This document shows positions 28,891 through 39,192 of a DNA stretch of 64,000 bases, in pieces. A program made the translations under genes and the position numbers. Source of the DNA: Chlamydiota bacterium (lineage in GTDB: Bacteria > Chlamydiota > Chlamydiia > Chlamydiales > RGXB01); contig CANLTW010000002.1 of assembly GCA_947494155.1 (NCBI GenBank), positions 32,001 to 96,000 on the forward strand, read 5' to 3'. Position 1 is the first letter of the stretch; each line of letters begins with the position of its first letter. The notes below the pieces were generated by a model that was not told where the DNA came from, did not search any database, and saw nothing but the letters and a program-made list of their open reading frames with translations.

Positions 28891-29910
28891 CTAATCGCTC
28901 TCCACCCCAGACTCTATATCGCCAATATCGCAAGGTGCCCCTTTCTTTGCCGCTTCTAGGGATTGAAAAAGCTCCTCTTTGATCTTTTTTTCTTGTTCTT
29001 TAAGCTCTTCTTGGGTCGTAAAACCCTCTGCTATCAGATCTTTTTTAAAAGACTCTATCGGGTCTAAAGACCGGATCTCTTCCATATCCTCTTTAGAGCG
29101 GTAATACTCGGTATCGGAACGGGAGTGCCCCTTGAAACGTTGCGTTTTAGCCTCGATGATTACAGGACGTTTTGTTTTAGAAACTCTCTCATGCACCTCT
29201 TTAAAAAGAGCGTAAGAATCTAAAACACTCATCCCGTCAAGAAGATGGTTCTCCAGATCAAAAGCCTTTGCAATATGCGCCCCAATAGGATCCATGGCAA
29301 CCGCTCTTTTATGGTGTGTTCCCATTCCCCAAACATTATTTTCTATGATAAAAACGATCGGCAAAGACCATAATGAGGCGAGGTTGATCGACTCATAAAA
29401 TACCCCTTGCACTGAGGCTCCATCACCTAAAAAGCAGTAGGTGACAAGATCATCCCCTTTGTAGATGCTTTTAAAAGCAAAACCTGTACCTAGGGCTGTA
29501 TGCCCTCCAACAATCCCTTGACCCAAGGGCATGTGTTTTGTCACAAAATGCATAGAGCCCCCACGCCCTTTAGCACAACCAAGTTGGTTGCCTAATAGTT
29601 CTGCAAAACCCTGCAAAGGTGAGCAACCGGTCAAAAGAGCTAAAGCATGACAGCGATAGGTTGTAATCCAGTGCCCTTTATCCATCCCTATGGCACTAAC
29701 GGCCCCCGCTTGAATCGCCTCTTGGCCCACATAGGAGTGAAAAAAGCCCGCTACAAGCCCCTCTAGGTAAATCCCCTCGGACATCATTTCAAATTGACGA
29801 ATTTTAAACATGTGAGAAAAAAGCTCAAGAGCTCTGTTTTTACCTATAGACGAAAGGACTTTCTTCTTGTCGTATGTGGTGTACGAAAAACCACTTAAAG
29901 GTGCATGCAT
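28891..29910 (-). CDS. pdhA: Pyruvate dehydrogenase E1 alpha
   Basis: GQEA, YRCH, GRGGSMH, GDGA..ENN TPP motif, RFKGHS. Confidence 0.96.
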   Translation of the reverse strand: MHAPLSGFSYTTYDKKKVLSSIGKNRALELFSHMFKIRQFEMMSEGIYLEGLVAGFFHSYVGQEAIQAGAVSAIGMDKGHWITTYRCHALALLTGCSPLQGFAELLGNQLGCAKGRGGSMHFVTKHMPLGQGIVGGHTALGTGFAFKSIYKGDDLVTYCFLGDGASVQGVFYESINLASLWSLPIVFIIENNVWGMGTHHKRAVAMDPIGAHIAKAFDLENHLLDGMSVLDSYALFKEVHERVSKTKRPVIIEAKTQRFKGHSRSDTEYYRSKEDMEEIRSLDPIESFKKDLIAEGFTTQEELKEQEKKIKEELFQSLEAAKKGAPCDIGDIESGVESD

Positions 29911-30047
29911 GACACCAAACTCTAAGACCTAAACATTAATTAATCAATAGATCTTTCAAACGGAATCTCTTTTGAAGAGGAGAAGGTTTGGATTCCAATG
30001 GGATCAAGCTAGCCCAAAATCCCCTATCCTGTTTATACTTTGGAGAT

Positions 30048-30749
30048 ATGACAAGATTGATCTTTTACGATACCGAAACCACTGGGGTAAGACCAGATCG
30101 GGATCGTATCATCGAAATAGCGGCGTTTGATGCTACAACAAACAAAACCTTTTGCTCTTTTGTACAGCCTCAAGTACCGATCCCCCCTGAATCAAGTGCA
30201 ATATGCAATATCACCGATGAGATGGTCAAAGATGCTCCCCTTTTTAAAGAGGTCGCCCTCAATTTTATGGAATTTTGTCATGGAGATGTGATCTTGGTTG
30301 CTCACAACAACGATGCGTTTGACAAACTTTTTCTTGAGGAGGAGTTTAAAAGAGCAGGTCTTGAACTCCCCTCTTTCCGATATATCGACAGCCTTAAATG
30401 GGCCCGAAAATATCGTAAAGACCTCCCCAGACACGGATTGCAGTACCTCAGAGAGGCCTATGGAATTGAGGCCAATCAGGCACACCGAGCTCTGGATGAC
30501 GTCATGGTTTTGGCGCGCATTTTTATGCTTATGATCGATGACCTCACTATTTCCGATGTGATGGAGAGGCTGTTGGCCCCTCAGGACGTATCTTCCATGC
30601 CGTTTGGCAAACACAGAGGTACCCCCTTAGAGCGACTCCCCAAAAATTATGTAGAATGGCTTGCCTCGAGCGGAGCTTTGGAAAAACCGGACAACTCTAC
30701 CCTCAAAAAAGCATTATCTGTTCATTTTAAAGAGCTTGTATCTATCTAA
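30048..30749 (+). CDS. dnaQ: DEDDh 3'-5' exonuclease (DNA Pol III epsilon-like) with C-terminal MPFGKH domain
   Basis: YDTETTG, AHNNDAFD, HRALDD; start re-called at ATG 30048 behind GGAG. Confidence 0.85.
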   Translation: MTRLIFYDTETTGVRPDRDRIIEIAAFDATTNKTFCSFVQPQVPIPPESSAICNITDEMVKDAPLFKEVALNFMEFCHGDVILVAHNNDAFDKLFLEEEFKRAGLELPSFRYIDSLKWARKYRKDLPRHGLQYLREAYGIEANQAHRALDDVMVLARIFMLMIDDLTISDVMERLLAPQDVSSMPFGKHRGTPLERLPKNYVEWLASSGALEKPDNSTLKKALSVHFKELVSI

Positions 30750-30844
30750 ATTGGTTTTTGTCGTAAATAACTGATGCGCCAGTAATAAGTTTATTTATAA
30801 TAAAATGCATGATATACTCTTAATAACTATTAAGAGATCACTAT

Positions 30845-33800
30845 ATGATCCCAAGCGGTATTAGCTTAAAACAGATCCCAAATTACTGTCATTTTACTCA
30901 AAGGGAGACCTGGTGCGACTTAACAGGGAGTGTTGATGCTGTCCGGCAAAAATCCTCTATCCAGTTACAGGCCATAGCTTTACGATCCGCTACTCTTGCA
31001 AAAGAAACCTCTAAAGCCTCCCCAAGACATCCATTTGTCCCTGCCGAGGTTGTGCCCAGTCATTTATTGACCCTCTCTTTAGGAATTCGCTGCATCGCCC
31101 TCACCCCATTAAGATTTACCATGACCACTCTTTTAAGCCTTATTAGACAGGTCGATAAAACTTTCCAAGAATATGAGAAGCGAAACAAAGGGTTTTTAAA
31201 ACCGGAAGGGGAAACACAAGTGCGAGTTTTGATCGACTCTCTTAGGAGAACCCCGCTGATGATGTGGAATATACTGGAAGCAAATCTCATGGGGTATACT
31301 AGTGAAACTGAAAACGATATGTTGGGAACCGTATGTGAAAAAATAAGAGAAAACAGAGAAAATATTGCCCGGAACATGCTTTTTTTTGATATGATTGGTT
31401 GTCGTGACGAGATTACCTCATTTGGAAAATTGATCAGTTCGCTTCTTGGGGCATTTAAAACTGATGCCGAAGCAAAAAAGATTCTCCCGCTCCTGGCTTT
31501 TCCCCTAGACGGAACTTTAGATCGACAACTGGGCGAAAGCTGCCCTTTGGATCCCTTTCCTGTATTGCGCATAAAGGAGCTTGAATCGTTAGAATCCAGT
31601 ATAGAATACGTGGCTTCCTGTATGAACCGAAATCGGAAACTATTTGATGAAGTTGAAGAAATTCTCACGAAATTAATTAAAAAAGAAAAAAACAGAGAAA
31701 AAAAACAGGTTTTAGCCTCTGCTATTGCGGATGTAGAAAACATCCTATCTGCATATGACGAGATCAAACCAAATATCGACTCTTTTTTAACCGAAAATAC
31801 GGTTAAAAAACTTCTATCTTCTTCCCCCACTTTTTTTGAAACGGGGTTACAAAGTACCCAAGAACTGCATAAAGTTGTGAAAGTTTTAGAGTCATTATCA
31901 GAGTCGATCCGAGGGTGTTTTCTTGACTTTTCGATCTATGAGGCTCTTTTGGGTTCTATCCAAAATTTAATACGGGTTTTCCCCCAATTTCCCCAAAGAT
32001 TATGTGATGACCTTATCACCGATGTCCTATTCCCCTTTTCCTATCTTCAAAAACTTTCTCAACATCTCCTTCTTGACTTTGCTCAATATTCTAAAAAAGC
32101 TCTTGAATCTACTGAAAGACTTCTCCAATCTACAGGCTCAAAAAGTAGCTACTTGCACCTCATTGATTTATGGGCAGCAAACATGATCCACCCCCCCTCT
32201 TGTATAAAAATGGATCAGTTAAAGACTCTTTATAACTACCTAGACCAAGAGTCTAGGCCCCTTTTTGGATCTTTATTGGATACATCACTTCAAAAAACGT
32301 TAAAAAAACTTGATCCTGCAAACATTGACTTCGTCCACGTTACCCCCTATTCAAGAACTCTGGGGCTGAATTTTCATCACAAATTTTTTCACACTCCCAT
32401 GGGAAATATTTTAGATTTAGATTTAGAGGCTATCCAATTCCTACAAAAAAACTTGAAGGGCATTCTTGAAAGGGAAGACTTTAAAGAAGCGCTACCTGTT
32501 AGAATCCTCCCCGACTTGCAAAAACTATCGCAAATTCAATCTCCTAAGGAATTCCTCGATCTGGGCAAGCAGTTTATTGAGCAACATCCCCTGCTCATTT
32601 GCGGATCCAATAACATTGTTTCTTTGGCACTTCAACCTCTTATCCGTTATGTCGAATTCGAAGCATTAAATGATGCCCTGAGATTTAGCCCATCCCCATC
32701 ACAGACGCCTCTAAGAAAAAATAAATCTTTTTCTCCTCATAGCGATACCTCCACACCCACTATTATGCGACGCTCTCCAGCTACCTCTCATAGAGCCCTG
32801 CAATTAGATTTATCTACTGAAGAGGAGCCCTTAGACGCACTTAGATGCAGCCCGATGACCCAAAGCCTTATGGAGGCTTTTCACGGTTTACGTTTGGACC
32901 CTACCGTTCTTCATGCCCTAGAGGGTTTAAAAGACACCTCTCGTATTTTTAAAAGTCCTATGCTTTTCTACGATGAAGCTTTGAATCTTTTTCATAATCT
33001 TTTAGAGCTGATACTAGATCCTCAAGGGGATAAAAACCATGATCTTAGGGAAATGATTCCCCCTTCTATGCCGCTTCAACCCAAAGAAAAAGATCTTATT
33101 ACACTCTTAGAAAAGGATCGGCAACATCGACTCACTGCAAAAAAGATCCCTGATTCGATCTATCCCCACCATAATTCCTCTCCTCTACTACCCGATCTTG
33201 AAAAAGGGTTTCGCAAACATCAAGAGACCTTTTTTTCCTTAGTTCTAAAATGTTTAAAAACCCTCCATAAAAAAAATATAGACCCAACAGGGCTCACACT
33301 ATTGGAGGCTCCTTGCACCAAAACTTTTACTGAAAAACCGCTACCTTCTAAATTTATGCATTTGATCGAAGTTTTAAAAAGACTAGACCAGCGGGAAATC
33401 GGTAAAATCGACTCTGAAACACCCCATGATACCCCTATCCGGATCGAGAGGTTTGAACAGCAGAGTCGCAAAATAGAAAAATCCCTTCTTGCGTTAGGGG
33501 AAATTGTACAAATTTTAAACCCTGAACATACCGAAATGTGCGATTTTTCTATAGCCCACCAAGCTCTCTATCATCTATCCCTACTCACAGAAGCGATCCT
33601 AATAAAACTTCTTTTAACAAAATCCCTCATGAGTCGTTTAGAGGCTAACCGCCACATTGTCTTCGAGGCGCCGGAAGGGAATCGCCCAATTTATAACGAG
33701 CACAATACAAACCGTATCCTAGAGGCGGTTTTACTAGACACCTCAATATCCCCTGATGCGAAAGCTCAGATAGCAACCTTTAGAAATTTCTCGAACATTG

Positions 33801-34069
33801 TCTTTCGGTATTTAACCCATGCTCAAGGGCACTGTCATGAAGACTACTTAAGACTACTTTTAGATCTCAATCTGATTGCAAAAGATTCTGAAACGCTTCA
33901 CAGCGGATTTACAACTGCCGATATGAGAGACCTTCTTAAGACAGAGGATATCTCGCAATCTTTAGAAAGAGTGCATGAGATCCAAAAACAGGCCTATAAA
34001 CAAATCCTCTCTACCATCGAAAATACTTTCGATGCCCTTTTAGAATTAATGGATCAACACAAAATCTAA
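30845..34069 (+). CDS. Large hypothetical protein with C-terminal tandem HEPN-like motifs (paralog of 35647..39192)
   Basis: 1074-aa ORF; LLELIL..KNHDL and LTEAIL..HIVFE..RP..EHNT..NFSN.VFRY blocks shared with the paralog. Confidence 0.7.
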   Translation: MIPSGISLKQIPNYCHFTQRETWCDLTGSVDAVRQKSSIQLQAIALRSATLAKETSKASPRHPFVPAEVVPSHLLTLSLGIRCIALTPLRFTMTTLLSLIRQVDKTFQEYEKRNKGFLKPEGETQVRVLIDSLRRTPLMMWNILEANLMGYTSETENDMLGTVCEKIRENRENIARNMLFFDMIGCRDEITSFGKLISSLLGAFKTDAEAKKILPLLAFPLDGTLDRQLGESCPLDPFPVLRIKELESLESSIEYVASCMNRNRKLFDEVEEILTKLIKKEKNREKKQVLASAIADVENILSAYDEIKPNIDSFLTENTVKKLLSSSPTFFETGLQSTQELHKVVKVLESLSESIRGCFLDFSIYEALLGSIQNLIRVFPQFPQRLCDDLITDVLFPFSYLQKLSQHLLLDFAQYSKKALESTERLLQSTGSKSSYLHLIDLWAANMIHPPSCIKMDQLKTLYNYLDQESRPLFGSLLDTSLQKTLKKLDPANIDFVHVTPYSRTLGLNFHHKFFHTPMGNILDLDLEAIQFLQKNLKGILEREDFKEALPVRILPDLQKLSQIQSPKEFLDLGKQFIEQHPLLICGSNNIVSLALQPLIRYVEFEALNDALRFSPSPSQTPLRKNKSFSPHSDTSTPTIMRRSPATSHRALQLDLSTEEEPLDALRCSPMTQSLMEAFHGLRLDPTVLHALEGLKDTSRIFKSPMLFYDEALNLFHNLLELILDPQGDKNHDLREMIPPSMPLQPKEKDLITLLEKDRQHRLTAKKIPDSIYPHHNSSPLLPDLEKGFRKHQETFFSLVLKCLKTLHKKNIDPTGLTLLEAPCTKTFTEKPLPSKFMHLIEVLKRLDQREIGKIDSETPHDTPIRIERFEQQSRKIEKSLLALGEIVQILNPEHTEMCDFSIAHQALYHLSLLTEAILIKLLLTKSLMSRLEANRHIVFEAPEGNRPIYNEHNTNRILEAVLLDTSISPDAKAQIATFRNFSNIVFRYLTHAQGHCHEDYLRLLLDLNLIAKDSETLHSGFTTADMRDLLKTEDISQSLERVHEIQKQAYKQILSTIENTFDALLELMDQHKI

Positions 34070-34133
34070 ATAGATCTTTGTAAAACCCAGTTGGTTTTAA
34101 TCCCTTTTTTTTGTAAGCTGACACCGATTCACC

Positions 34134-34664
34134 ATGCAAAACCTCCACACTTTGGAAAAAGCTGTACTCGTAATTGTGTTTTCAAACGATCGTCAAAGTA
34201 TCCTTTTGATCAAACGGGACGATGTGCGCCTGTATGCATTTGCAGGGGGTGCCATCGATTTGAGTGATCTTTCCCCCGAAGATGCTGCCAAAAGAGAATT
34301 CGAAGAGGAGACCGGATACCAAATTACCATAAAGAGGCAAATAGCTCTCTACTCCCCTTTTGGCCCTTTTAGCCGCACCACCTATTTCTTCGAAGGAGCG
34401 ATTCTGTCGGGCAGCCCGACACTCTCTAAAGAGACCCGCGAGGTCCGTTTTTTTTCTTTAGACAATCTCCCAAAAAATCTTGTCCCCTTATACCACGACA
34501 TGATTCGTGATGCTTTGGATCCCGATTGCCCCAAAGAAAAGCCGATGCCTAGGATGTACTGGATTCGGGACTGGAGATTTGTCTACAATCCCTTTATCTT
34601 TGTCCCCTTTTTATGGGGAAGATTTCGTTGGTGGTCTAAGACAAAATACTCTCTATCAAAATAA
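34134..34664 (+). CDS. Nudix hydrolase
   Basis: Nudix box GGAIDLSDLSPEDAAKREFEEETGY. Confidence 0.9.
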   Translation: MQNLHTLEKAVLVIVFSNDRQSILLIKRDDVRLYAFAGGAIDLSDLSPEDAAKREFEEETGYQITIKRQIALYSPFGPFSRTTYFFEGAILSGSPTLSKETREVRFFSLDNLPKNLVPLYHDMIRDALDPDCPKEKPMPRMYWIRDWRFVYNPFIFVPFLWGRFRWWSKTKYSLSK

Positions 34665-34678
34665 CCCCTTTATTACCT

Positions 34679-35524
34679 ATGAATACTCTATCAGCCGTCA
34701 TACCCCAAGCAGAAACTTATCAACCCCTAATTTTTGATTTCTACTCAAAAGAGGAGCGGATCCGCTTCAATTCGCTTCAACTGTTATCCCATAATTTTCT
34801 TCTAAGAAGACCCTACCCCTTACGTTTGGGAGAATTACAGGATTTTAGCTCCTGTTTAAAAAAAATCTCCAAAGAACCCTCACTAACCCCTGAGGACAAA
34901 AAGCTTTATTCTTTTGCAGCTAACTTTTTTAGATTCTCCTCAATAAAGTACGATCCAAGTCACCCCTCCCCAATCGAAATGGGTTTATTAGATAAATTCA
35001 TTCAACTTGTGAATCAAATGGTCCTTTTCGACGAGGAAAAAGGGCAGTTCATCCCGCTAGACCTCGCAAGGTATATCGCACTAGAAAGATTGGATTACAC
35101 GGATCTGAGTACAGTCGGCTGCATCCAAAATATCCTCTACGCAGATGATAGAAATCTCATCCCCTATCTTCTCGAAAAAAAAGAGAAATTTTTTACCGAT
35201 CTTGGGATAGATACTAGCTTCATCAAAGAGTATCTAGGTTCGTCTCATAAGCTACAGGACTCTCTAGCTTTGCGTGATTTCATCCAAGATTCCGATTACT
35301 ATGAATCAAAAGAGCTAAGAAACATTCTGGTCTACTCGCCTCTTTTAGGCCCCACCTTTTTTTCCTCATTTTTTGATGCTTTCTATCCTGAAATTCCTGA
35401 TCTAATACAAGATCTTGATGAGAAATCGAAGCAGACGCTTTACGACAATATGAGCACTTTGGAGGAGATCGACCATTTACCTTTTTCGATCCCCTTTCAA
35501 CGTCTACGGGGGATGCTCGAATAG
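34679..35524 (+). CDS. Hypothetical protein
   Basis: 281-aa ORF 14 nt after the Nudix gene; no recognisable motif. Confidence 0.65.
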   Translation: MNTLSAVIPQAETYQPLIFDFYSKEERIRFNSLQLLSHNFLLRRPYPLRLGELQDFSSCLKKISKEPSLTPEDKKLYSFAANFFRFSSIKYDPSHPSPIEMGLLDKFIQLVNQMVLFDEEKGQFIPLDLARYIALERLDYTDLSTVGCIQNILYADDRNLIPYLLEKKEKFFTDLGIDTSFIKEYLGSSHKLQDSLALRDFIQDSDYYESKELRNILVYSPLLGPTFFSSFFDAFYPEIPDLIQDLDEKSKQTLYDNMSTLEEIDHLPFSIPFQRLRGMLE

Positions 35525-35646
35525 AGGACATGAAGATTCTTTTAAGATTTAGTGATTGAGAAATATTTAGCTAAAGTTCTAGAATTTTAAAGTTCTCCTA
35601 CACATTTTTGAGAGAATCTAATAAATCCTTTTTTTCAATATATCCT

Positions 35647-38600
35647 ATGAGCTCACTAGCCCTTACTACCTATCAGCGCAATCTATTTTCTCTTATGGAT
35701 GTAAGGGTTTTGGAGGGAGAAGAGAAAAAAGATTATAAAAAAAGGGAAAAATTATCTCAGCTCATAAGAGTCCAGCTTTGGGGTCATCTTTGGAAACAAG
35801 AACCTCTAAAGCTTTCTGATAGACAAATGCAGTTTCTGCAAAGAGCCCAGGGGATTCTGGATTGGCATAGCACCCCCTATCTCTCTTTATTCAAAATCAT
35901 CCATCTCTCACTAGCGACTTTATTGGGGTCGGATCAGATTTTTCGCCCAAAAACAAGAGTCCCCAAAGCTTTTTCCCATCACATAGCTCCGATCCATAAA
36001 AATATGGCCTCATTCCGGTTCAAACTTTATGATGCGGTATCGGAACTTTCGATGTTTGTTGAGGGCTTCCAATTTCTGACTGACAAACCCTTGGAAGACC
36101 ATAAAATTTTTCCTAAATCATTAGAGGTGCTCAATAAATTAGAGGCAAGCTTTTTCCATTTTTCGCAAGGTTTTGAATATTTCACCACGGAGAAAATTTT
36201 CTTCTCTATTCAAGAGCATCTTGCCCTTTTAAAATTAGCATTTACCCCTAATCCCCAAAAAGAGGGGATGGACTATGATCTTGCCCCATTGCTTTTAAGC
36301 CCTGCAGATAATTTTCTTCATTTAAAAAAAGCCTCCCCTACCATTTATTCCACAAGTTTTTTTAACAAAAAGGATCTCACCATCTTTCATGAGTTATGGG
36401 AGTTTTTTTCGTCTGCAATCAAAAATAGTAGAGAGGGACTAACCCCGTTAGCCCAATCTATTGAAGATCCCCAAGTCAAAGAGGATCTTTTTTCCTTAGT
36501 AGATGAAATTGAGGCGTTTACCTACCGCTTTTCCAGAGCGCCTATTCTGAACAGTTCTTTGCAGGGGTTCAACCTTTTTGCTCCGGGCGACTCTTTTTTA
36601 GATCAGCAATTTCTGGAAACCTTTTCCTCTAACACGCAACAATTGCAAAAAGAGATAGAGGAATTTACCGAAATAAATCGGACCTTTAGAGATCTAAATC
36701 GCAAAATATTCTTTTTTTACAAAAAAGTTTCCCAAGACAAACCCGATCAGGCTACAAAAGAAAAAAAACAGAGACTCCAAAGTCCAAAAGCTGAGGATCA
36801 GCCAACCTTAACTTTTGTAAGCAAGGATGATCCCCTTCTAAAAAAAATCCCTACTATCAAATTCACCAAAGAAGAGGGTCATATCTGTGTTGAGATCGAA
36901 TCCCCCGAACAGCACACGAGATTTTCCGAACTTTTAGAGGCTTTTGACCATTACCAAATCGAAATTTCCACCGATTCGCAAAAAAAGCATTTCGTATCTT
37001 TGTTACAGCTTAGCATGTACCTTGAATACTCTTTTTTGCAGGCCCATAAATTCACTAAACTCACCGTTGAGGCATCTATAAAAAAAGCAGAACGGGTGCT
37101 TACGTTTTTTAAAGGGTTAGTCGAACGAAATAGATTCAACTCCTATTACCTCTACTTTTTTGAAATTCTGGTCCCCTTTGAAACGGGGGTCTATTTTCAA
37201 ACAGAAAATGAGATGGAGATTTTCTCACTATCTATAGCTTTCTACTACAGAAACCTTGCAGATGCAATCGATTTTAGGTTCCAAGAGCTTATCTGCGGGC
37301 AGCCAAAAACTCTAAATCCAGAGCTTGATCCCCTCTACCTCCTTAAAGATCCGATTTCGGCAAACCACTTTCCTCAATACTTCGATCCTTTTTTCGTAGG
37401 GCAGCTTAAAAGCTATACTGGACCCGATTCACAAATCAATCTAGAGGTCTCAAAATACTTTCAGAACCGGGCCAAAATCTTTTTAGATCTAATAGTAAAA
37501 GCTCCCCTTTCAGAGGAGGATAAAAAAAATGTTTTTAAAGTTTTTAGTATTACTAACGCAGATCTCGATTGGACTGTCGAGGATCTACTCGTGTATGCAA
37601 AAAAAATCAGTAAAAGGGTGGATGACGCACAGGAATTTTTAATTACACAATACTCTGTCTCTACTCCAGTATTTTTTGTTCATTCTCTTATAAGCTACTT
37701 TTTTGCCCCTTTTAAACGGATACAAATTGAGCATGAACTTACACATGAACCTGTAGAAAAAAAACGGAATCCGAGAAAAAAAACGTCTCCAAAAACACCC
37801 CCTTTAGGGGCTAGTGTCCCTTTTGAGGAGCCTAAAGAGGTCGCGGCTCTACCCGAAATTAGGGATCCAAGCCTCTGTGCAGTCGCTGAAAAAAAACTCC
37901 CCATTGAGCCTGTTGTCGTCGACTCCAGCAATCTGGAAAATCTTAAAACCCTCATGAATAAACTCCACTTGGAAATGGAGCCCAATTTTCGACTCATATG
38001 TCAGATGCTGGAAAAAAAAGAGCTTACTCATCTAGGCCGCTCTTTTTATCGGGAATTTTTCTCCTCTGTTAGGGGATGGATTGAGCGAATGCTAAAAGTT
38101 TACGATCCTGAAAATAAAAGCCATCAGCTTTATGATCTATATATAAATCTTCCCCCATCTCTTTTTGTTAACCATGGGAATCTAGTCTTAGATAAAAAAG
38201 AGTGTCATCTTCTTACCGCCTTATCTAGACTTTATGTATTTCATTGGGATTTGGATGAGGCTCTTGTAGAGGGGACTTTCTGCCCCTTATTCAAAGAGCT
38301 TCTTAGTGAATCTTCAGAAAAACATCTATTTAAAGAACTTTTTTTCTCCACAATGCAGCTTGCAACCAAGATCCTGCTATTTGTGGGGCGCCAAACCTCT
38401 TTTCCCCCTGTACAATTTGTACTACCAACCATCTCTAGAGAAAAATCGGCTCCTAATTCTTTTCTTATCGGCACGATCGAGCAGCTTAATGGGTTCATCA
38501 AAGAGCATCCTTTAGAGGATCATGAACTTGAAAAGGTCTCTGCTACCGAGTCGTTCTCACAAAAATTCATCCGTCTTTCCAAAATCCATGCCATTCCCAA

Positions 38601-39192
38601 AAAAATAGAGTACCATCTTCAGGGATTAGCCTCTCTTCTCTTTGAGTGGTCTAAAAATGAGGCTGTCTCTTATCCCTTGGCACACCACATTCTCTATCGC
38701 CTCTCCATGCTCCTAGAGAGTGCTTTAGATCTTGGCCTCTATAGTTGCTCAAAAACAGATCACACTGGGCAGCAGCATGTTATTTTTGAAAGTTTCAACG
38801 GAAGACCTCTCGGGTTTTCCCATGATACTTTTGGTAAATTCCATTTTTTACCAGATGAAATCCAAGAACTTTTCTCGACTGAGGAGCTCCCTTTTTTCCG
38901 TGAATTTTCTAATTTTTCGAACTCTGTGTACCACTATCAAGATTGTTCTATGGGGCCCTTAAAGCTCTATCTTGACGCCCTTCAGTCTTCAAATGCTAGT
39001 GAAGATCTCCTATTGGCACAACAGCTCAAAGAGCACCTTTTAACGACAAAAAAACAGGTTCTTATGATTGTTTGTCGTTTCTTATCCCACCATTTAGAGA
39101 AAAGGAAATATAAGCTTAATCCTATCCCCTTTTTGGAAAAACACCAGACTGCACCATCAAGTTGGCGAGCAAGGCTCTCTTCAACACCCTAA
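35647..39192 (+). CDS. Large hypothetical protein with C-terminal tandem HEPN-like motifs (paralog of 30845..34069)
   Basis: Start re-called at ATG 35647 (MSSLAL); IERMLK..KSHQL and LLESAL..HVIFE..RP..SHDT..NFSNSVYHY. Confidence 0.7.
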   Translation: MSSLALTTYQRNLFSLMDVRVLEGEEKKDYKKREKLSQLIRVQLWGHLWKQEPLKLSDRQMQFLQRAQGILDWHSTPYLSLFKIIHLSLATLLGSDQIFRPKTRVPKAFSHHIAPIHKNMASFRFKLYDAVSELSMFVEGFQFLTDKPLEDHKIFPKSLEVLNKLEASFFHFSQGFEYFTTEKIFFSIQEHLALLKLAFTPNPQKEGMDYDLAPLLLSPADNFLHLKKASPTIYSTSFFNKKDLTIFHELWEFFSSAIKNSREGLTPLAQSIEDPQVKEDLFSLVDEIEAFTYRFSRAPILNSSLQGFNLFAPGDSFLDQQFLETFSSNTQQLQKEIEEFTEINRTFRDLNRKIFFFYKKVSQDKPDQATKEKKQRLQSPKAEDQPTLTFVSKDDPLLKKIPTIKFTKEEGHICVEIESPEQHTRFSELLEAFDHYQIEISTDSQKKHFVSLLQLSMYLEYSFLQAHKFTKLTVEASIKKAERVLTFFKGLVERNRFNSYYLYFFEILVPFETGVYFQTENEMEIFSLSIAFYYRNLADAIDFRFQELICGQPKTLNPELDPLYLLKDPISANHFPQYFDPFFVGQLKSYTGPDSQINLEVSKYFQNRAKIFLDLIVKAPLSEEDKKNVFKVFSITNADLDWTVEDLLVYAKKISKRVDDAQEFLITQYSVSTPVFFVHSLISYFFAPFKRIQIEHELTHEPVEKKRNPRKKTSPKTPPLGASVPFEEPKEVAALPEIRDPSLCAVAEKKLPIEPVVVDSSNLENLKTLMNKLHLEMEPNFRLICQMLEKKELTHLGRSFYREFFSSVRGWIERMLKVYDPENKSHQLYDLYINLPPSLFVNHGNLVLDKKECHLLTALSRLYVFHWDLDEALVEGTFCPLFKELLSESSEKHLFKELFFSTMQLATKILLFVGRQTSFPPVQFVLPTISREKSAPNSFLIGTIEQLNGFIKEHPLEDHELEKVSATESFSQKFIRLSKIHAIPKKIEYHLQGLASLLFEWSKNEAVSYPLAHHILYRLSMLLESALDLGLYSCSKTDHTGQQHVIFESFNGRPLGFSHDTFGKFHFLPDEIQELFSTEELPFFREFSNFSNSVYHYQDCSMGPLKLYLDALQSSNASEDLLLAQQLKEHLLTTKKQVLMIVCRFLSHHLEKRKYKLNPIPFLEKHQTAPSSWRARLSSTP

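Noticed and set aside
31060..31830. 256-aa minus-strand ORF
   Set aside because: Antisense shadow of the 1074-aa gene; Ser/Phe/Ile-rich composition typical of a reverse-frame artefact
30845..39192. Cas13 or other CRISPR effector interpretation of the large two-HEPN-like proteins
   Set aside because: No CRISPR array or cas genes seen, no canonical Rx4H motifs, and both HEPN-like blocks are adjacent at the C-terminus
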